In this document: in pieces, positions 17,689 through 28,136 of the stretch
Position numbering within the stretch: the first letter of the stretch is position 1
Layout of the letters: each line of letters begins with the position of its first letter
Assembly: GCA_028868375.1 (NCBI GenBank)
Contig: JAGWUP010000002.1
Coordinates: 25,841-89,840, forward strand
DNA: 64,000 bases
Direction: 5' to 3'
From: Elusimicrobiota bacterium
GTDB lineage: Bacteria; Elusimicrobiota; Elusimicrobia; UBA1565; UBA9628
Program-made: the position numbers and the translations under genes
The notes under the pieces: generated by a model
Database searches by the model: none
What the model saw: only the letters and a program-made list of their open reading frames with translations
Told to the model about the DNA's origin: nothing

Positions 17689-19095
17689 ATGCCGGATCAT
17701 CCGGTCCACGTGCCGCCGCAGTCGCAGGAGGCGGAGATGGCGGTGCTGGGCTCGATGCTCATCGAGCGCGACGCCGTCGAGAAGGCCGTCGACGTCCTCG
17801 ACGAGAGGGATTTCTACCAGGAAGGCCACCGAAAGATCTTTCGCTCGGCTAGGGAGCTGTTTTCGCGCGGCGGGGGGGTCGATCTCGTCACGGTCACGGA
17901 GGAGCTCAAGCGCCAGAAGCTGCTCGAGGACGTCGGCGGCCTGGCCTATCTGACCGAGCTGATCCACAAGGTCGCCACGGCCGCTCACGTCGACTATTAC
18001 GCGAGGATCGTGCGCGAGAAGGCCGTCCTGCGCGAGATGATCGGCTCGGCGACGGCGATCGTGACCAACTGCTACGAGCAGGTCAAGGAGCCGGGAGAGC
18101 TCCTGGACGAGGCGCAGGCCTCGATCATGCGCGTGGCGGAGCGGCAGCGCCGGCACTCCGTCGTCGAGGCCAAGGATCTCGCCCACGAGGTCATCGAGCA
18201 GATCGAGCTGGCGCACAACCGCAAGCAGGCCGTCACCGGAATCCCCTCCGGCCTCAAGGACATCGACCGGCTGACCTCCGGCTTTCAAAAATCGGACCTG
18301 GTGCTGATCGCGGCGCGCCCCTCCCAGGGCAAGACGGCGTTGGCGCTCAACATCGCCGCCAACATCGTCCTTTCCGAGCAGCCCCATCCCGTGCTTTTCT
18401 TCTCGCTGGAGATGAGCAAGCACGCCATCATGCAGCGCCTGATCGCCTCGGAGGCCAGGGTCAACTTGCAGCAGGTGCGAAACGGCTTTTTCCCCCGGGA
18501 TCGCTGGACCGATTTGACCAACTCGGCGGCGCGCTTCTCCGAGGCTCCGCTGGCGGTGGTCGACACCCCGGGGCTCTCCGTCTTGACGGTCCGCTCGATC
18601 GCCCGGCAATACGCCGCCGATCTGCGCCGCAGGGGCAGGGCGCTCGGGGTGGTCGTGGTCGACTACCTGCAGCTCATGCGCGGCTCCTCCAGCCGCTCCG
18701 AGAACCGCCAGCAGGAGGTCGCAGAGATCTCGCGCGGCCTCAAGTTCCTCGCGCGCGACCTGGAGGTGCCCGTGGTCGCCCTCTCGCAGCTTTCGCGCCG
18801 GACGGAGGACAAGGGCCGCTCCGACGCCAAGCCGCAGCTCTCCGACCTGCGCGAGTCCGGAGCGCTCGAGCAGGACGCCGACCTCGTGATGTTCATTTAT
18901 CGGGAGTCCTACTACAAGCGCAACGACCCGACGCTCGAGAACAAGGCGGACATCATCATCGCCAAGCAGCGCCAGGGGCCGACCGGGGACGTGCCCCTCG
19001 CCTTCAGGCGCGAATATACCCGCTTCGAGAACGCCGCGCCGGAGGGCGCCGAGGAGCCCGCGGGCGTCCAAGAGACGCAATCCTCCTTCAGTTGA
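17689..19095 (+). CDS. dnaB: replicative DNA helicase
   Basis: PPQSQEAEMAVLGSML, Walker A ARPSQGKTA, VVVDYLQLM and SQLSRRTE motifs. Confidence 0.95.
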   Translation: MPDHPVHVPPQSQEAEMAVLGSMLIERDAVEKAVDVLDERDFYQEGHRKIFRSARELFSRGGGVDLVTVTEELKRQKLLEDVGGLAYLTELIHKVATAAHVDYYARIVREKAVLREMIGSATAIVTNCYEQVKEPGELLDEAQASIMRVAERQRRHSVVEAKDLAHEVIEQIELAHNRKQAVTGIPSGLKDIDRLTSGFQKSDLVLIAARPSQGKTALALNIAANIVLSEQPHPVLFFSLEMSKHAIMQRLIASEARVNLQQVRNGFFPRDRWTDLTNSAARFSEAPLAVVDTPGLSVLTVRSIARQYAADLRRRGRALGVVVVDYLQLMRGSSSRSENRQQEVAEISRGLKFLARDLEVPVVALSQLSRRTEDKGRSDAKPQLSDLRESGALEQDADLVMFIYRESYYKRNDPTLENKADIIIAKQRQGPTGDVPLAFRREYTRFENAAPEGAEEPAGVQETQSSFS

Positions 19096-20216
19096 GTCCC
19101 CGCGCCGCGACGGTCCGGCGTTTTTTCAGGCCTACCTGGGCCGAGATCGACCTCTCGCTATTGCGCGACAACCTTACGCGCTTGCGCGCGCGCGTCGGGC
19201 GCGGGGTCAAGCTGATGTTCGTCGTCAAGGCCAACGCCTACGGCCACGGCTCGGCGGCCTGCGCCAAGACCGCCGAGCAGGGCGGCCTGGCCGACTGGCT
19301 GGGGGTTTCCTCCGTCGAGGAAGGCGTGGCCCTGCGCGAGGCCGGCCTGAAGCTGCCCATACTCGTGCTGGGCTCCCTCTATCCTTTCGAGTCGTTTTTG
19401 GCCGCCGCGGATTACGGCTTGACGCCGACCGTCGCCAGCTCTGAGTCCGCAAAGCGCCTGCTCGAGGCGGCGCGCACGCTGCGCCGCAGAGTCTCCTGCC
19501 ACCTCAAGGTCGAGACCGGCATGGGCCGCATCGGCGTCAGCCCTCCCGCCGCGCTGGCCGCGGCACGTCTGCTCAAGTCCGAGTCCTTGGTCCGCGTCCA
19601 AGGCGTCTACACCCATCTGTCCTGCGCCGACGGCGATGCGGCCTTCACGCGCCGGCAGCTGCGGGTCTTCGGCCTCGCCCTCGAGGGCTTGCGGCGCCTC
19701 GGAATCTCGCCCTTGCTGCGCCACGCGGCCAACTCCGCGGCGGCCCTGAGATACCCCCGCGCGAGATTCGACATGGTCCGTCCCGGGTTGGCGCTTTACG
19801 GCCTTTGGCCGGGTTTTTCTCCGATCCTCTCGCTTAAGACCAAGTTGGTCTTCCTTAAAACCGTGGCCAGGGGGACTCCGATCAGCTACGGCGCCGCCTT
19901 CCGGGCCAAGCGCCGCACGCGCGTCGCAACGCTTGCGATCGGCTACGCCGACGGCTGGTCGCGCGCCAACTCCGACAACGGCTGCGTCCTGGTAAGGGGC
20001 CGGCGTTGCCCGATCATCGGTCGCGTCACGATGGACATGACGATGATCGACGTCACGGCGGTCGACGGCTCGCGCGTGGGCGACGAAGCCGTGCTCATCG
20101 GAGAGCAGGGGCGCGAGCGAGTCAGCGCTGGCGAAGTGGCCCGCCGCTTAGCTACGATACCCTACGAAGTGACGACAGCGATTTCCGCCAGGGTTCCGCG
20201 GGTGTATCTACCGTGA
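19092..20216 (+). CDS. alr: alanine racemase
   Basis: RPTWAEIDL, VVKANAYGHG (PLP lysine) and YGLWP motifs. Start is approximate (TTG overlapping the dnaB stop). Confidence 0.9.
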   Translation: MSPRAATVRRFFRPTWAEIDLSLLRDNLTRLRARVGRGVKLMFVVKANAYGHGSAACAKTAEQGGLADWLGVSSVEEGVALREAGLKLPILVLGSLYPFESFLAAADYGLTPTVASSESAKRLLEAARTLRRRVSCHLKVETGMGRIGVSPPAALAAARLLKSESLVRVQGVYTHLSCADGDAAFTRRQLRVFGLALEGLRRLGISPLLRHAANSAAALRYPRARFDMVRPGLALYGLWPGFSPILSLKTKLVFLKTVARGTPISYGAAFRAKRRTRVATLAIGYADGWSRANSDNGCVLVRGRRCPIIGRVTMDMTMIDVTAVDGSRVGDEAVLIGEQGRERVSAGEVARRLATIPYEVTTAISARVPRVYLP

Positions 20217-21001
20217 CCGCAGTCTTTTCTTGGGTCGGCCGCTTTCTTTTCGACCTGTTCGAGGAGGTCGGCGAGCTGGCCTTCTTGGTGCGTTCCTCGG
20301 CGCGCTGGGCCGTGCGCTCGCCTATCGAGTGGCGGCAGACCCTGGTCCAGATGCAGCGCATCGGAGTCGAGTCGCTGCCGGTCAGCGCCATGACTTCTTT
20401 CTTCACCGGGATGGTGCTGGCCCTGCAGTCAGGGGCGACATCGAAGCATTTCTTCAACGAGCCGCTGTTCGTGGGCACGGTGGTCTCCTTCGCCGTCGTC
20501 ATGGAGCTGTCTCCCGTGATGACGTCCCTGGTGGTCAGCGGCCGCGCCGGGGCGGCGATCGCCGCGGAACTCGGCACCATGAAGGTGACGGAGCAGATCG
20601 ACGCCCTCTACACCCTGGGCACGGATCCGGTGCGCTACCTGGTGATCCCGCGGGTGCTGGCCTTCGTCCTGGTCCTGCCCTTTCTGGTGGTGATCTCGGA
20701 CTTCACCGGCGTCCTCGGCGGCTTCGTCGTGGCTTCCGTCAAGCTGCGGGTGGCGGCCAACGTCTATTGGCACGACATCATCGACAACATGCGCGTGCGC
20801 CACTTCGTCCACGGCTACATCAAGGCCTACGTCTTCGCCCTGGTGATCGCCTTCATCTGCTGCTATAAAGGCATCACCACCCGCGACGGGGCCGAAGGGG
20901 TGGGCAAATCGACGACGACCGCCGTGGTGCTGTCCATGGTTTCCGTGCTCGTCCTCGATTATTTCGTCACGGCCGTCCTGGTGGCGCTGGGGATCACCTA
21001 G
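20213..21001 (+). CDS. mlaE: MlaE-type ABC transporter permease
   Basis: IGVESLPVSAMTSFFTGMVLALQ, EQIDALYTLG and multiple TM helices. GTG overlaps the alr stop. Confidence 0.85.
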   Translation: MTAVFSWVGRFLFDLFEEVGELAFLVRSSARWAVRSPIEWRQTLVQMQRIGVESLPVSAMTSFFTGMVLALQSGATSKHFFNEPLFVGTVVSFAVVMELSPVMTSLVVSGRAGAAIAAELGTMKVTEQIDALYTLGTDPVRYLVIPRVLAFVLVLPFLVVISDFTGVLGGFVVASVKLRVAANVYWHDIIDNMRVRHFVHGYIKAYVFALVIAFICCYKGITTRDGAEGVGKSTTTAVVLSMVSVLVLDYFVTAVLVALGIT

Positions 21002-21006
21002 GCGGC

Positions 21007-21813
21007 ATGATCGAGGCGAAAGGGATCTTCAAGAGCTTCGGCTCGCGGCCGGTCCTGTGCGGCGTGGACATCGCCGTGCAGGACGGCGAGACCCTCTGCA
21101 TCATCGGCGGCTCCGGCTGCGGCAAGTCGACGTTCTTGAAATGCGTCATCGGGCTGGTGCGCCCGGACCAGGGCTCCATTTCCGTCGACGGCATGGACAT
21201 CGCCGGGCTTTCCGCGGAGCTCGACGTCGCCCGCTACCGCAGGCGCTTCGGCTACCTCTTCCAGGAGGCCGCTCTCTTCGACTCGCTGACCGTCTGGGAA
21301 AACGTGTCCTTCGGGCTGCGCTACCTGACGGACGTCCCCCAGGCCAAGTTTCGCCAAATCGCCAGGGACAAGCTGGCCTTGGTGGGCCTCAAGGACATCG
21401 AGGACTTCAAGCCCGCGGAGCTGTCCGGCGGCATGAAAAAGCGGGTGGGCCTGGCGCGGGCGATCGCCGCCGAGCCGGGCTATATATTGTATGATGAGCC
21501 CACGACGGGCCTCGATCCGATCATGTCCGACGTCATAAACGATCTGATCATCGACCTGCAGAAGAAGCTCAAGGTCACGTCGATCGTCGTCACGCATGAC
21601 ATGAAGTCGGCCTATAAGATCGCCAGCCGCATCGCCATGCTGCACGAAGGCCAGGTGCAGGCGGTCGATCGTCCGGAGGCGATCAAGGCGTCTTCGGACC
21701 CGGTCATCCGCCAGTTCGTCGAGGGCCGAAGCGAGGGGCCGATCAAGATGAAGCTGCGCGACTTCGAGCCGGGCGCCCCGGCGCCGCGCCGGAAGGCGGG
21801 TTCCGGCGCTTGA
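21007..21813 (+). CDS. mlaF: MlaF-type ABC transporter ATP-binding protein
   Basis: Walker A GGSGCGKST, signature LSGGMKKRVGLA, Walker B ILYDEPT. Confidence 0.9.
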   Translation: MIEAKGIFKSFGSRPVLCGVDIAVQDGETLCIIGGSGCGKSTFLKCVIGLVRPDQGSISVDGMDIAGLSAELDVARYRRRFGYLFQEAALFDSLTVWENVSFGLRYLTDVPQAKFRQIARDKLALVGLKDIEDFKPAELSGGMKKRVGLARAIAAEPGYILYDEPTTGLDPIMSDVINDLIIDLQKKLKVTSIVVTHDMKSAYKIASRIAMLHEGQVQAVDRPEAIKASSDPVIRQFVEGRSEGPIKMKLRDFEPGAPAPRRKAGSGA

Positions 21814-23141
21814 ACCTGGAGACCAAGGTCGGCGCGTTCGTCGTCTCCGGGCTTCTGCTCATCGGCACGGCGATCTTCTTGCTGGGAGACTACACCCTCG
21901 AGAAGCGCTACGTCGTCAACGTCCTGTTTCACGACGTCTCCAACTTGAACAAGAACGCTCCGGTCAAGCTCTCCGGAGTCGAGGTGGGCCAGGTCAAGGA
22001 CATCGTCCTGGTCGACAGCAGCGCGAAGGTCGTCCTGTCGGTCCGTCAAGGGGTCCATCTTTACAAGGACGCCGTCTTCGAGATCGGCTCCACCGGCATC
22101 ATCGGCTCGAAATATCTGCAGATCACGCAGGGGCATCGCGCCGCCGGCGTGATCTCCCCTGATTCCACCGTCGTCGGGATCGATCCGACGGACATCCAGC
22201 AGGCCTTGTCGAAGACGCTGGCCAGCCTGCAGACGATGCTGGACCAGCTCAACGCGCCCGGCCCGCGGGGCACCCTGGTCGGCAATTTGCGGGACACCGT
22301 GGCCAACGTCCGGGAGCTGACGGCCAATCTCAACGACTTGATCGCGCAGACCAAGCCGCGCATGACCAGCACCCTCGACCGCGTCGACGACATCACCGCC
22401 AAGCTCGACAAGATCATGGCGAAGGCGGACAAGATGATGACCGCCCTCTCCACCGACAAGGGCACCGTCGGGGCCCTGCTGCACGACCAGAAGATGAAGA
22501 AGGACGTCGAGCAAACGGTGGCCTCGGTGCGCAAGGCCGCCGACACGGCCCAGGACATGCTCAGCCGCATCAATCAGTTCAAGGTCTATTGGAACTACGA
22601 CTGGCGCTATGAGAGCGCGATCCGGACCTCCCGCTCGGACATCGGCCTCTACATCTACCCGCGTGACCACCGCTATTACTACATCGGCGGCTCGAATTTG
22701 GCCAACGTCAGCGACGCCAAGCGGGGCGGCGACTTCGTGCAGCCAAACCGGGTCGACGCGCTGCTCGGCTTCGACCACGGGCCCTTCGATCTGGCCTTCG
22801 GGATACTGCGCTCCGCCGGCGGCGGCCGCTTGACGGTCACGCCGTTCTACGCCGATCCGTTCTGGAAGCGCTTCAGCGTCGTCGCCCAAGCCTACGATTT
22901 CGGCCGCGATCGCGTGGTCAACGGCCGCCTCTTCGACAAGCCGGCTTACGACGTGGGCGTCCTCGCTCGGGTCACGAAGTGGCTCGGCCTCGGGGCCCGC
23001 GTGGAGGATTTGGCCGAGACCAAGCGCGGCCAGATTTGGGCCAACATCAAGTTCGAGGACCAGGACATCTCCTACCTCTTCGGCCTGGCCTCGTTCGGGG
23101 CGGCCGGCACGAGGGGCCGCTCGAAGTCCTCCAGTCCCTGA
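21810..23141 (+). CDS. mlaD: MCE/MlaD-domain protein (long, 443 aa)
   Basis: N-terminal TM helix, MCE-like VKLSGVEVGQVKDI, and position after mlaEF. The long C-terminal extension is unassigned. Confidence 0.75.
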   Translation: MNLETKVGAFVVSGLLLIGTAIFLLGDYTLEKRYVVNVLFHDVSNLNKNAPVKLSGVEVGQVKDIVLVDSSAKVVLSVRQGVHLYKDAVFEIGSTGIIGSKYLQITQGHRAAGVISPDSTVVGIDPTDIQQALSKTLASLQTMLDQLNAPGPRGTLVGNLRDTVANVRELTANLNDLIAQTKPRMTSTLDRVDDITAKLDKIMAKADKMMTALSTDKGTVGALLHDQKMKKDVEQTVASVRKAADTAQDMLSRINQFKVYWNYDWRYESAIRTSRSDIGLYIYPRDHRYYYIGGSNLANVSDAKRGGDFVQPNRVDALLGFDHGPFDLAFGILRSAGGGRLTVTPFYADPFWKRFSVVAQAYDFGRDRVVNGRLFDKPAYDVGVLARVTKWLGLGARVEDLAETKRGQIWANIKFEDQDISYLFGLASFGAAGTRGRSKSSSP

Positions 23142-24520
23142 TGGCCCGCGCGCGGTCGGTCTACCGCTGCCAGAGCTGCGGCTACGCGGCGCCCAAGCCG
23201 ATGGGCCAGTGCCCCGGCTGCGAGGCCTGGAACGCCATGATCGAGGAGGTCGAGTCGCGCGCTCCCGCCGCCTCCGGAGCCCCGGCGCGGATGATGACCG
23301 ATTTCTCCTCGGAGGTGGTCGCGCTGGGCGAGGTCCAGCGGCAGCCGGAGGCCCGCGTTTCGACCAGGATCGGCGAGCTGGACCGCCTGCTGGGCGGCGG
23401 AGCCGTCCCCGGAGAGATCATCCTCTTGGCCGGGCCTCCCGGCATCGGCAAGTCGACCTTGATGCTGCAGGCGGCGGCCAACCTCGCCGGCGGCGGCAAG
23501 GTGCTCTATGCCTCCGGCGAGGAATCCCTCAAGCAGATCTCTTCCCGGGCCAGGCGCCTGGGGGTGGAGGGGAAGAATCTCTTTCTCGTTTCCGAGACCA
23601 ATCTGGCCAAGATCGTCGAGGCGGCCTCGGCCCTCAAGCCGCTCGGGCTCGTCTTGGACTCCGTTCAGACCTGCTACCATCCTGAGCTCTCCTCTAGCCC
23701 CGGCTCGGTGGCGCAGGTGCGGGAATGCGCCGCGGAGCTGTTGAGGCTGGCCAAGAAGAGCGAGCTCATCGTCTTCGTTTTGGGGCACGTCACCAAGGAC
23801 GGCACGCTGGCCGGCCCCAAGGTCCTGGAGCACATCGTCGACGCCGTCTTGTATTTCGACGCCGAGCGGCACGACCAGGTCCGCGCCTTGCGCGCCCAGA
23901 AGAACCGCTTCGGGCCCACCGACGAGGTCGGCCTCTTCGAGATGACGGAGCGCGGCTTAAGCGAGGTCCGGGATGCCTCCCGTTTCTTCGTCGCCGACCG
24001 GGACGAAAGCCCGCGTCCGGGCCGCGCCGTGTCGGTCAGCCTGGAGGGCTCGCGGCCGATGCTGGTCGAGGCGCAGTCCTTGGTCGTCCACACCAAGTAC
24101 CCGCTGCCGCGGCGGATGGCGACGGGGCTCGACCTCAACCGCGTGCTGGTGCTGCTGGCCGCGATGGAGAAGCACCTGGGATTGCGCCTGGAGGACCGCG
24201 ACGCCTATGTCAGCCTGGCCGGCGGCGTGCGCCTGAAGGACCCCGCCCTGGACCTTGCCGCCTGCATGGCGGTGGCCAGCTCCTGGCGCGACCGCGCGCT
24301 GCCGCGCGGCCTCGTGCTCATTGGGGAGGTCGGCTTGTTGGGCGAGGTCAGCCGGGTCCCCTGCCTGGAGAGCCGGCTCAAGGAGGCGGCCAAGGCGGGC
24401 TTTTCGCGAGCCCTGGTGAGCGCCAAGGCCGTCGGCGATCTGCCGGCCCTGGGCTTGAAGGTCTCCGGGGTTTCCGACCTGCGAGAGGCCGCCGCCGCGC
24501 TCTTCGACGAAGCAAAATAG
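23141..24520 (+). CDS. radA: DNA repair protein RadA
   Basis: Zinc ribbon YRCQSCGY..CPGCEAWN, Walker A GPPGIGKST, KNRFG, Lon-like C-terminus. ATG overlaps the mlaD stop. Confidence 0.95.
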   Translation: MARARSVYRCQSCGYAAPKPMGQCPGCEAWNAMIEEVESRAPAASGAPARMMTDFSSEVVALGEVQRQPEARVSTRIGELDRLLGGGAVPGEIILLAGPPGIGKSTLMLQAAANLAGGGKVLYASGEESLKQISSRARRLGVEGKNLFLVSETNLAKIVEAASALKPLGLVLDSVQTCYHPELSSSPGSVAQVRECAAELLRLAKKSELIVFVLGHVTKDGTLAGPKVLEHIVDAVLYFDAERHDQVRALRAQKNRFGPTDEVGLFEMTERGLSEVRDASRFFVADRDESPRPGRAVSVSLEGSRPMLVEAQSLVVHTKYPLPRRMATGLDLNRVLVLLAAMEKHLGLRLEDRDAYVSLAGGVRLKDPALDLAACMAVASSWRDRALPRGLVLIGEVGLLGEVSRVPCLESRLKEAAKAGFSRALVSAKAVGDLPALGLKVSGVSDLREAAAALFDEAK

Positions 24521-24612
24521 ATGGCTCGGCCGGCGCAGAACAAGTAAACTTTCCTATATATTCATAGATCAATCGCCCGCCGGCCGCGCTGGGCGGGCAG
24601 GGAGTCCTTTAT

Positions 24613-25602
24613 ATGAGCATCTGGATTTTCAGGACGTTCGTCATCGCGACGTGCCCCGCGATCGTCTATTTCTACACGACGAAGTCTCTCATGGGCGCGC
24701 TTCTGGGGCTGCTGGTCGGAGTCTTGATCGTCGCCGTCGAGATGGTCATCTCCCGGGTCAGCCTGCTGACGATGATCTCCGGAGTCCTCGGGGCGGCCTC
24801 AGGCTTGATCGTGGCCAAGCTCCTCGACTACACGGTCTTTCAGATGGGCAACGACAGCCTGTACCTGGCCTGGGATCGCTACGCGGCGCTGCGCTATTTC
24901 GCGCTGGGCGTGCTCGGGCTGATCATCGCGATCCGTAAGTTCCCGGAGTTCGACGATCTGGACAAGGACCTCTTCAAGATGGGGCGCAAGCGCGGCGCGG
25001 AATTGAAGGTGCTTGACACCAGCGCCATCATCGACGGCCGGGTCATCGACATCTGCGACACGAAGTTCCTCTCCGGGACGCTGATCGTGCCGCGCTTCAT
25101 CCTCCAGGAGCTCCACACGCTGGCCGACTCGGCGGATTCCCTCAAGCGCGCCCGCGGCCGCCGGGGTCTGGACATCCTGGCGCGCTTGCAGGAGAATCCG
25201 GACATCCCCGTCAAGATCCTGGACAAGGACGTTCCCGACGTCTCCGACGTGGACGGCAAGGTCGTGCGCTTGGGCAAGGACCTCGGCGCCAAGGTCATCA
25301 CGACCGACTTCAACTTGAACAAGATCGCGGCCCTGGAGGGAGTGACCTGCCTCAACGTCAACGACCTGGGCATGGCCCTCAAGCCGATCGTCCTGCCCGG
25401 CGAGGCGATGGCGCTGTTCGTGATGAAGGAGGGCAAGGAGCGCGATCAGGGGGTGGGCTATCTCGATGACGGGACCATGGTCGTCATCGAGGACGGCCGC
25501 CGCTTCATCGGCAAGAGGCTGGAGGTCGGCGTGACCTCCATCCTGCAGACCTCCGCCGGGCGCATGATCTTCGCCCGCGCCAAGGGCGAGAAGGCCGCCT
25601 AG
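24613..25602 (+). CDS. membrane-anchored PIN/TRAM-domain protein (YacL-like)
   Basis: N-terminal TM helices, VLDTSAIIDGRV PIN motif, C-terminal TRAM-like barrel. Conserved position before ispD. Confidence 0.8.
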   Translation: MSIWIFRTFVIATCPAIVYFYTTKSLMGALLGLLVGVLIVAVEMVISRVSLLTMISGVLGAASGLIVAKLLDYTVFQMGNDSLYLAWDRYAALRYFALGVLGLIIAIRKFPEFDDLDKDLFKMGRKRGAELKVLDTSAIIDGRVIDICDTKFLSGTLIVPRFILQELHTLADSADSLKRARGRRGLDILARLQENPDIPVKILDKDVPDVSDVDGKVVRLGKDLGAKVITTDFNLNKIAALEGVTCLNVNDLGMALKPIVLPGEAMALFVMKEGKERDQGVGYLDDGTMVVIEDGRRFIGKRLEVGVTSILQTSAGRMIFARAKGEKAA

Positions 25603-25604
25603 CG

Positions 25605-26768
25605 ATGAGGGGCGCGGCGATCATCGTCGCGGCCGGAAGCGGGACGCGAATGGGGCGGCCGAAGCAATTCCTGCCCCTGTCCGGCAAGGCGGTCTGCGAG
25701 TGGGCCCTGGACACCTTCCGGGGGCTGGCCGAGATCGACCCCATCGTGCTGGTGCTTTCCGCGGAGGACGTCGAGCGGCACGGTCCGCGCCTTGCCTCGG
25801 AGCGGGTCAGGGTCGTCGCCGGCGGCGAGACCCGCATGGGCAGCGTGCGCAACGGCTTCAAGCTCATCCCGGAAGAGGTGGAGGTCGTCGCCGTCCATGA
25901 CGGGGCCAGGCCCCTGGTCACCGAGCGGATCATCCGCGAGACGCTGGAGGAGGCCTACGAATCCGGGGCCGCCCTGCCCGCCGTGCCGGTCAAGGACACC
26001 CTCAAGAAGGTCACCAGCAAGCAGCTCTGGATCTCGGCGACGCCGGTGCGCTCCTCCTTCTGGGCCGCGCAGACCCCGCAGTGCTACCGGCGCGAGATCC
26101 TGGAGGAGGCGCTGGCGAAGTTCTCCCACGAGCGCGGCGCCACCGACGAGAGCCAGCTCGTCGAGAAGGCCGGGCACAGGGTCAAGATCGTGCCGTCCAG
26201 CTACGAGAATCTCAAGATCACGACCCCGGAGGATTTGACGATGGCGCAAGCCTTGCTCGAGGAGAGGCGCGGCGGCCTGCGCCGCATGGCGGTGGGCCTG
26301 GGCTTCGACATCCACAGGCTGGTGGCCGGCCGGCCCCTCTGGCTGGCGGGGCTGCGGCTGGAGCACGACAAGGGGCTGCTCGGCCACTCCGACGGCGACG
26401 CCGTGCTCCATGCCGCCGCCGACGCCGTCTTGGGCGCGCTGGGGGCCGGGGAGATCGGGGAGATGTTCCCTCCGGAGGACCCGAAGATCAAGGGCATTCC
26501 CAGCGCCGAGATCGTCGCGGCGGTCATGGCCAAGCTCGCCGCGTCCGGGGCCGTCCTCGTCCACCTCGACGTGGCGCTGCTGGCCGAGGAGCCGAAGCTC
26601 AAGCCCCATTACGGCAGGCTCAGGGAGTCCCTGGCGGCGCTCTTCGCCCTCGATGCCGGGCGCGTCAATCTGAAGGCGAAGAGCCACGAGGGGCTGGACT
26701 CGATCGGCCGCGGCGAGGCGATCGCCTGCCACGCGGTGGCCACCTTGGAGCTTTCGGCAAGCCGGTGA
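25605..26768 (+). CDS. ispDF: bifunctional MEP cytidylyltransferase / MEcPP synthase
   Basis: IIVAAGSGTRMG..PKQFL (IspD half) and GFDIHRL..GHSDGDAVLHA (IspF half) in one ORF. Confidence 0.95.
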   Translation: MRGAAIIVAAGSGTRMGRPKQFLPLSGKAVCEWALDTFRGLAEIDPIVLVLSAEDVERHGPRLASERVRVVAGGETRMGSVRNGFKLIPEEVEVVAVHDGARPLVTERIIRETLEEAYESGAALPAVPVKDTLKKVTSKQLWISATPVRSSFWAAQTPQCYRREILEEALAKFSHERGATDESQLVEKAGHRVKIVPSSYENLKITTPEDLTMAQALLEERRGGLRRMAVGLGFDIHRLVAGRPLWLAGLRLEHDKGLLGHSDGDAVLHAAADAVLGALGAGEIGEMFPPEDPKIKGIPSAEIVAAVMAKLAASGAVLVHLDVALLAEEPKLKPHYGRLRESLAALFALDAGRVNLKAKSHEGLDSIGRGEAIACHAVATLELSASR

Positions 26769-28132
26769 GGCTTTACAACACGCTGACGCGCCGCAAGGAA
26801 GAGATTAAGCCCATGCGGCCGCCGCGCGTGGGGGTCTATACCTGCGGGCCGACGGTCTACAATTACCAGCACGTCGGCAATTACCGGACCTACATCTTCG
26901 AGGACATCTTGGTGCGGACCTTGGGCCTGGCCGGCTACGAGGTCCAGCGCGAGATGAACGTCACCGACGTGGGCCATCTGACGAGCCAGGCCGACGAGGG
27001 CGAGGACAAGATGGAGGTCGGCTCGGCCCGCGAGGGCAAGAGCGCCTGGGAGATCGCGCGCTTCTACACCGAGAGCTTCGTCTCGGATTGCGGCGAGCTC
27101 AACATCCTCCTGCCGCGCCAGCTGCGCCGCGCCACCGACCATATCCAGGAGCAGATCGAGCTGGTCCGGCGGCTGGAGCGCAAGGGCATGCTCTATCGCG
27201 CCTGCGACGGCCTTTATTTCGACACCTCCAGGTTTCCGGCCTACGACCGGTTGGCGGGCAAGGAACACGTCGCCGGCATCCAAGCGGGCGCGCGCGTCGA
27301 CGCCAAGGCCGAGAAAAAACACCCGGCCGATTTCGCGGTCTGGAAGTTCTCGCCGCCGGATCGCCGGCGGCAGATGGAGTGGGATTCGCCCTGGGGCAAG
27401 GGCTTCCCCGGCTGGCATATCGAGTGCTCGGCGATGGCGATGAAGTATCTGGGAGAGAGCTTCGACATCCACTGCGGCGGAGTCGATCACATCCCCATCC
27501 ACCATACCAACGAGATCGCGCAGGCGGAGGCCGCCACCGGCCAGCCCTTCGTCAAGCTCTGGATGCACGGCGAGTTTCTTCTCATGAACAGCGCCAAGAT
27601 GGCCAAGTCTGAGGGCGGCTTCGTCACCCTGGGTGAGGTCAAGCGGCGCGGCTTCGACCCTCTGGACTACCGCTACCACTGCCTGACCGCGCATTACCGC
27701 AAGCAGCTTGATTTCACGTGGGAGGCCCTGGAAGCCGCGCGGGTGGCGCGCCGCCGGCTGCAGGCGGCGGCCGCGGCCCTGGGGCAAGAGAGCGCGCCTC
27801 CCCGTGCCGAGGACGAGCGGGCCTTCCGCGAGGCCCTGTTCGACGACCTGAACGTTCCCCTGGCGCTGGGCGTGGCGCACGACTGCCTGAGAGCCGCTTG
27901 CTCCCCCGCGGCCAAGAGGGGCCTGCTCGAGCGGGCCGAGGCGATTCTCGCCGTCGGGCTGCTCGCTCAAGAGAGGGAGCTTGAGCCTCCCTTGCGCGAG
28001 CTGCTCAAGCGGCGCGAGGAGGCCCGCCGGAACAAGGATTTCGCCCTTTCCGACGACCTGCGCAGGCGCCTGGACGAGGCGGGCGTCCTGGTCGAGGACA
28101 CCAAGACCGGGCAGAAGTGGAGGAGGAAATAA
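26765..28132 (+). CDS. cysS: cysteine--tRNA ligase
   Basis: VYTCGPTVYNYQHVGN (HIGH class), GWHIECSAM, KMAKSEG (KMSKS). GTG overlaps the ispDF stop; the longer 683-aa ORF was rejected. Confidence 0.95.
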   Translation: MRLYNTLTRRKEEIKPMRPPRVGVYTCGPTVYNYQHVGNYRTYIFEDILVRTLGLAGYEVQREMNVTDVGHLTSQADEGEDKMEVGSAREGKSAWEIARFYTESFVSDCGELNILLPRQLRRATDHIQEQIELVRRLERKGMLYRACDGLYFDTSRFPAYDRLAGKEHVAGIQAGARVDAKAEKKHPADFAVWKFSPPDRRRQMEWDSPWGKGFPGWHIECSAMAMKYLGESFDIHCGGVDHIPIHHTNEIAQAEAATGQPFVKLWMHGEFLLMNSAKMAKSEGGFVTLGEVKRRGFDPLDYRYHCLTAHYRKQLDFTWEALEAARVARRRLQAAAAALGQESAPPRAEDERAFREALFDDLNVPLALGVAHDCLRAACSPAAKRGLLERAEAILAVGLLAQERELEPPLRELLKRREEARRNKDFALSDDLRRRLDEAGVLVEDTKTGQKWRRK

Positions 28133-28136
28133 CCCG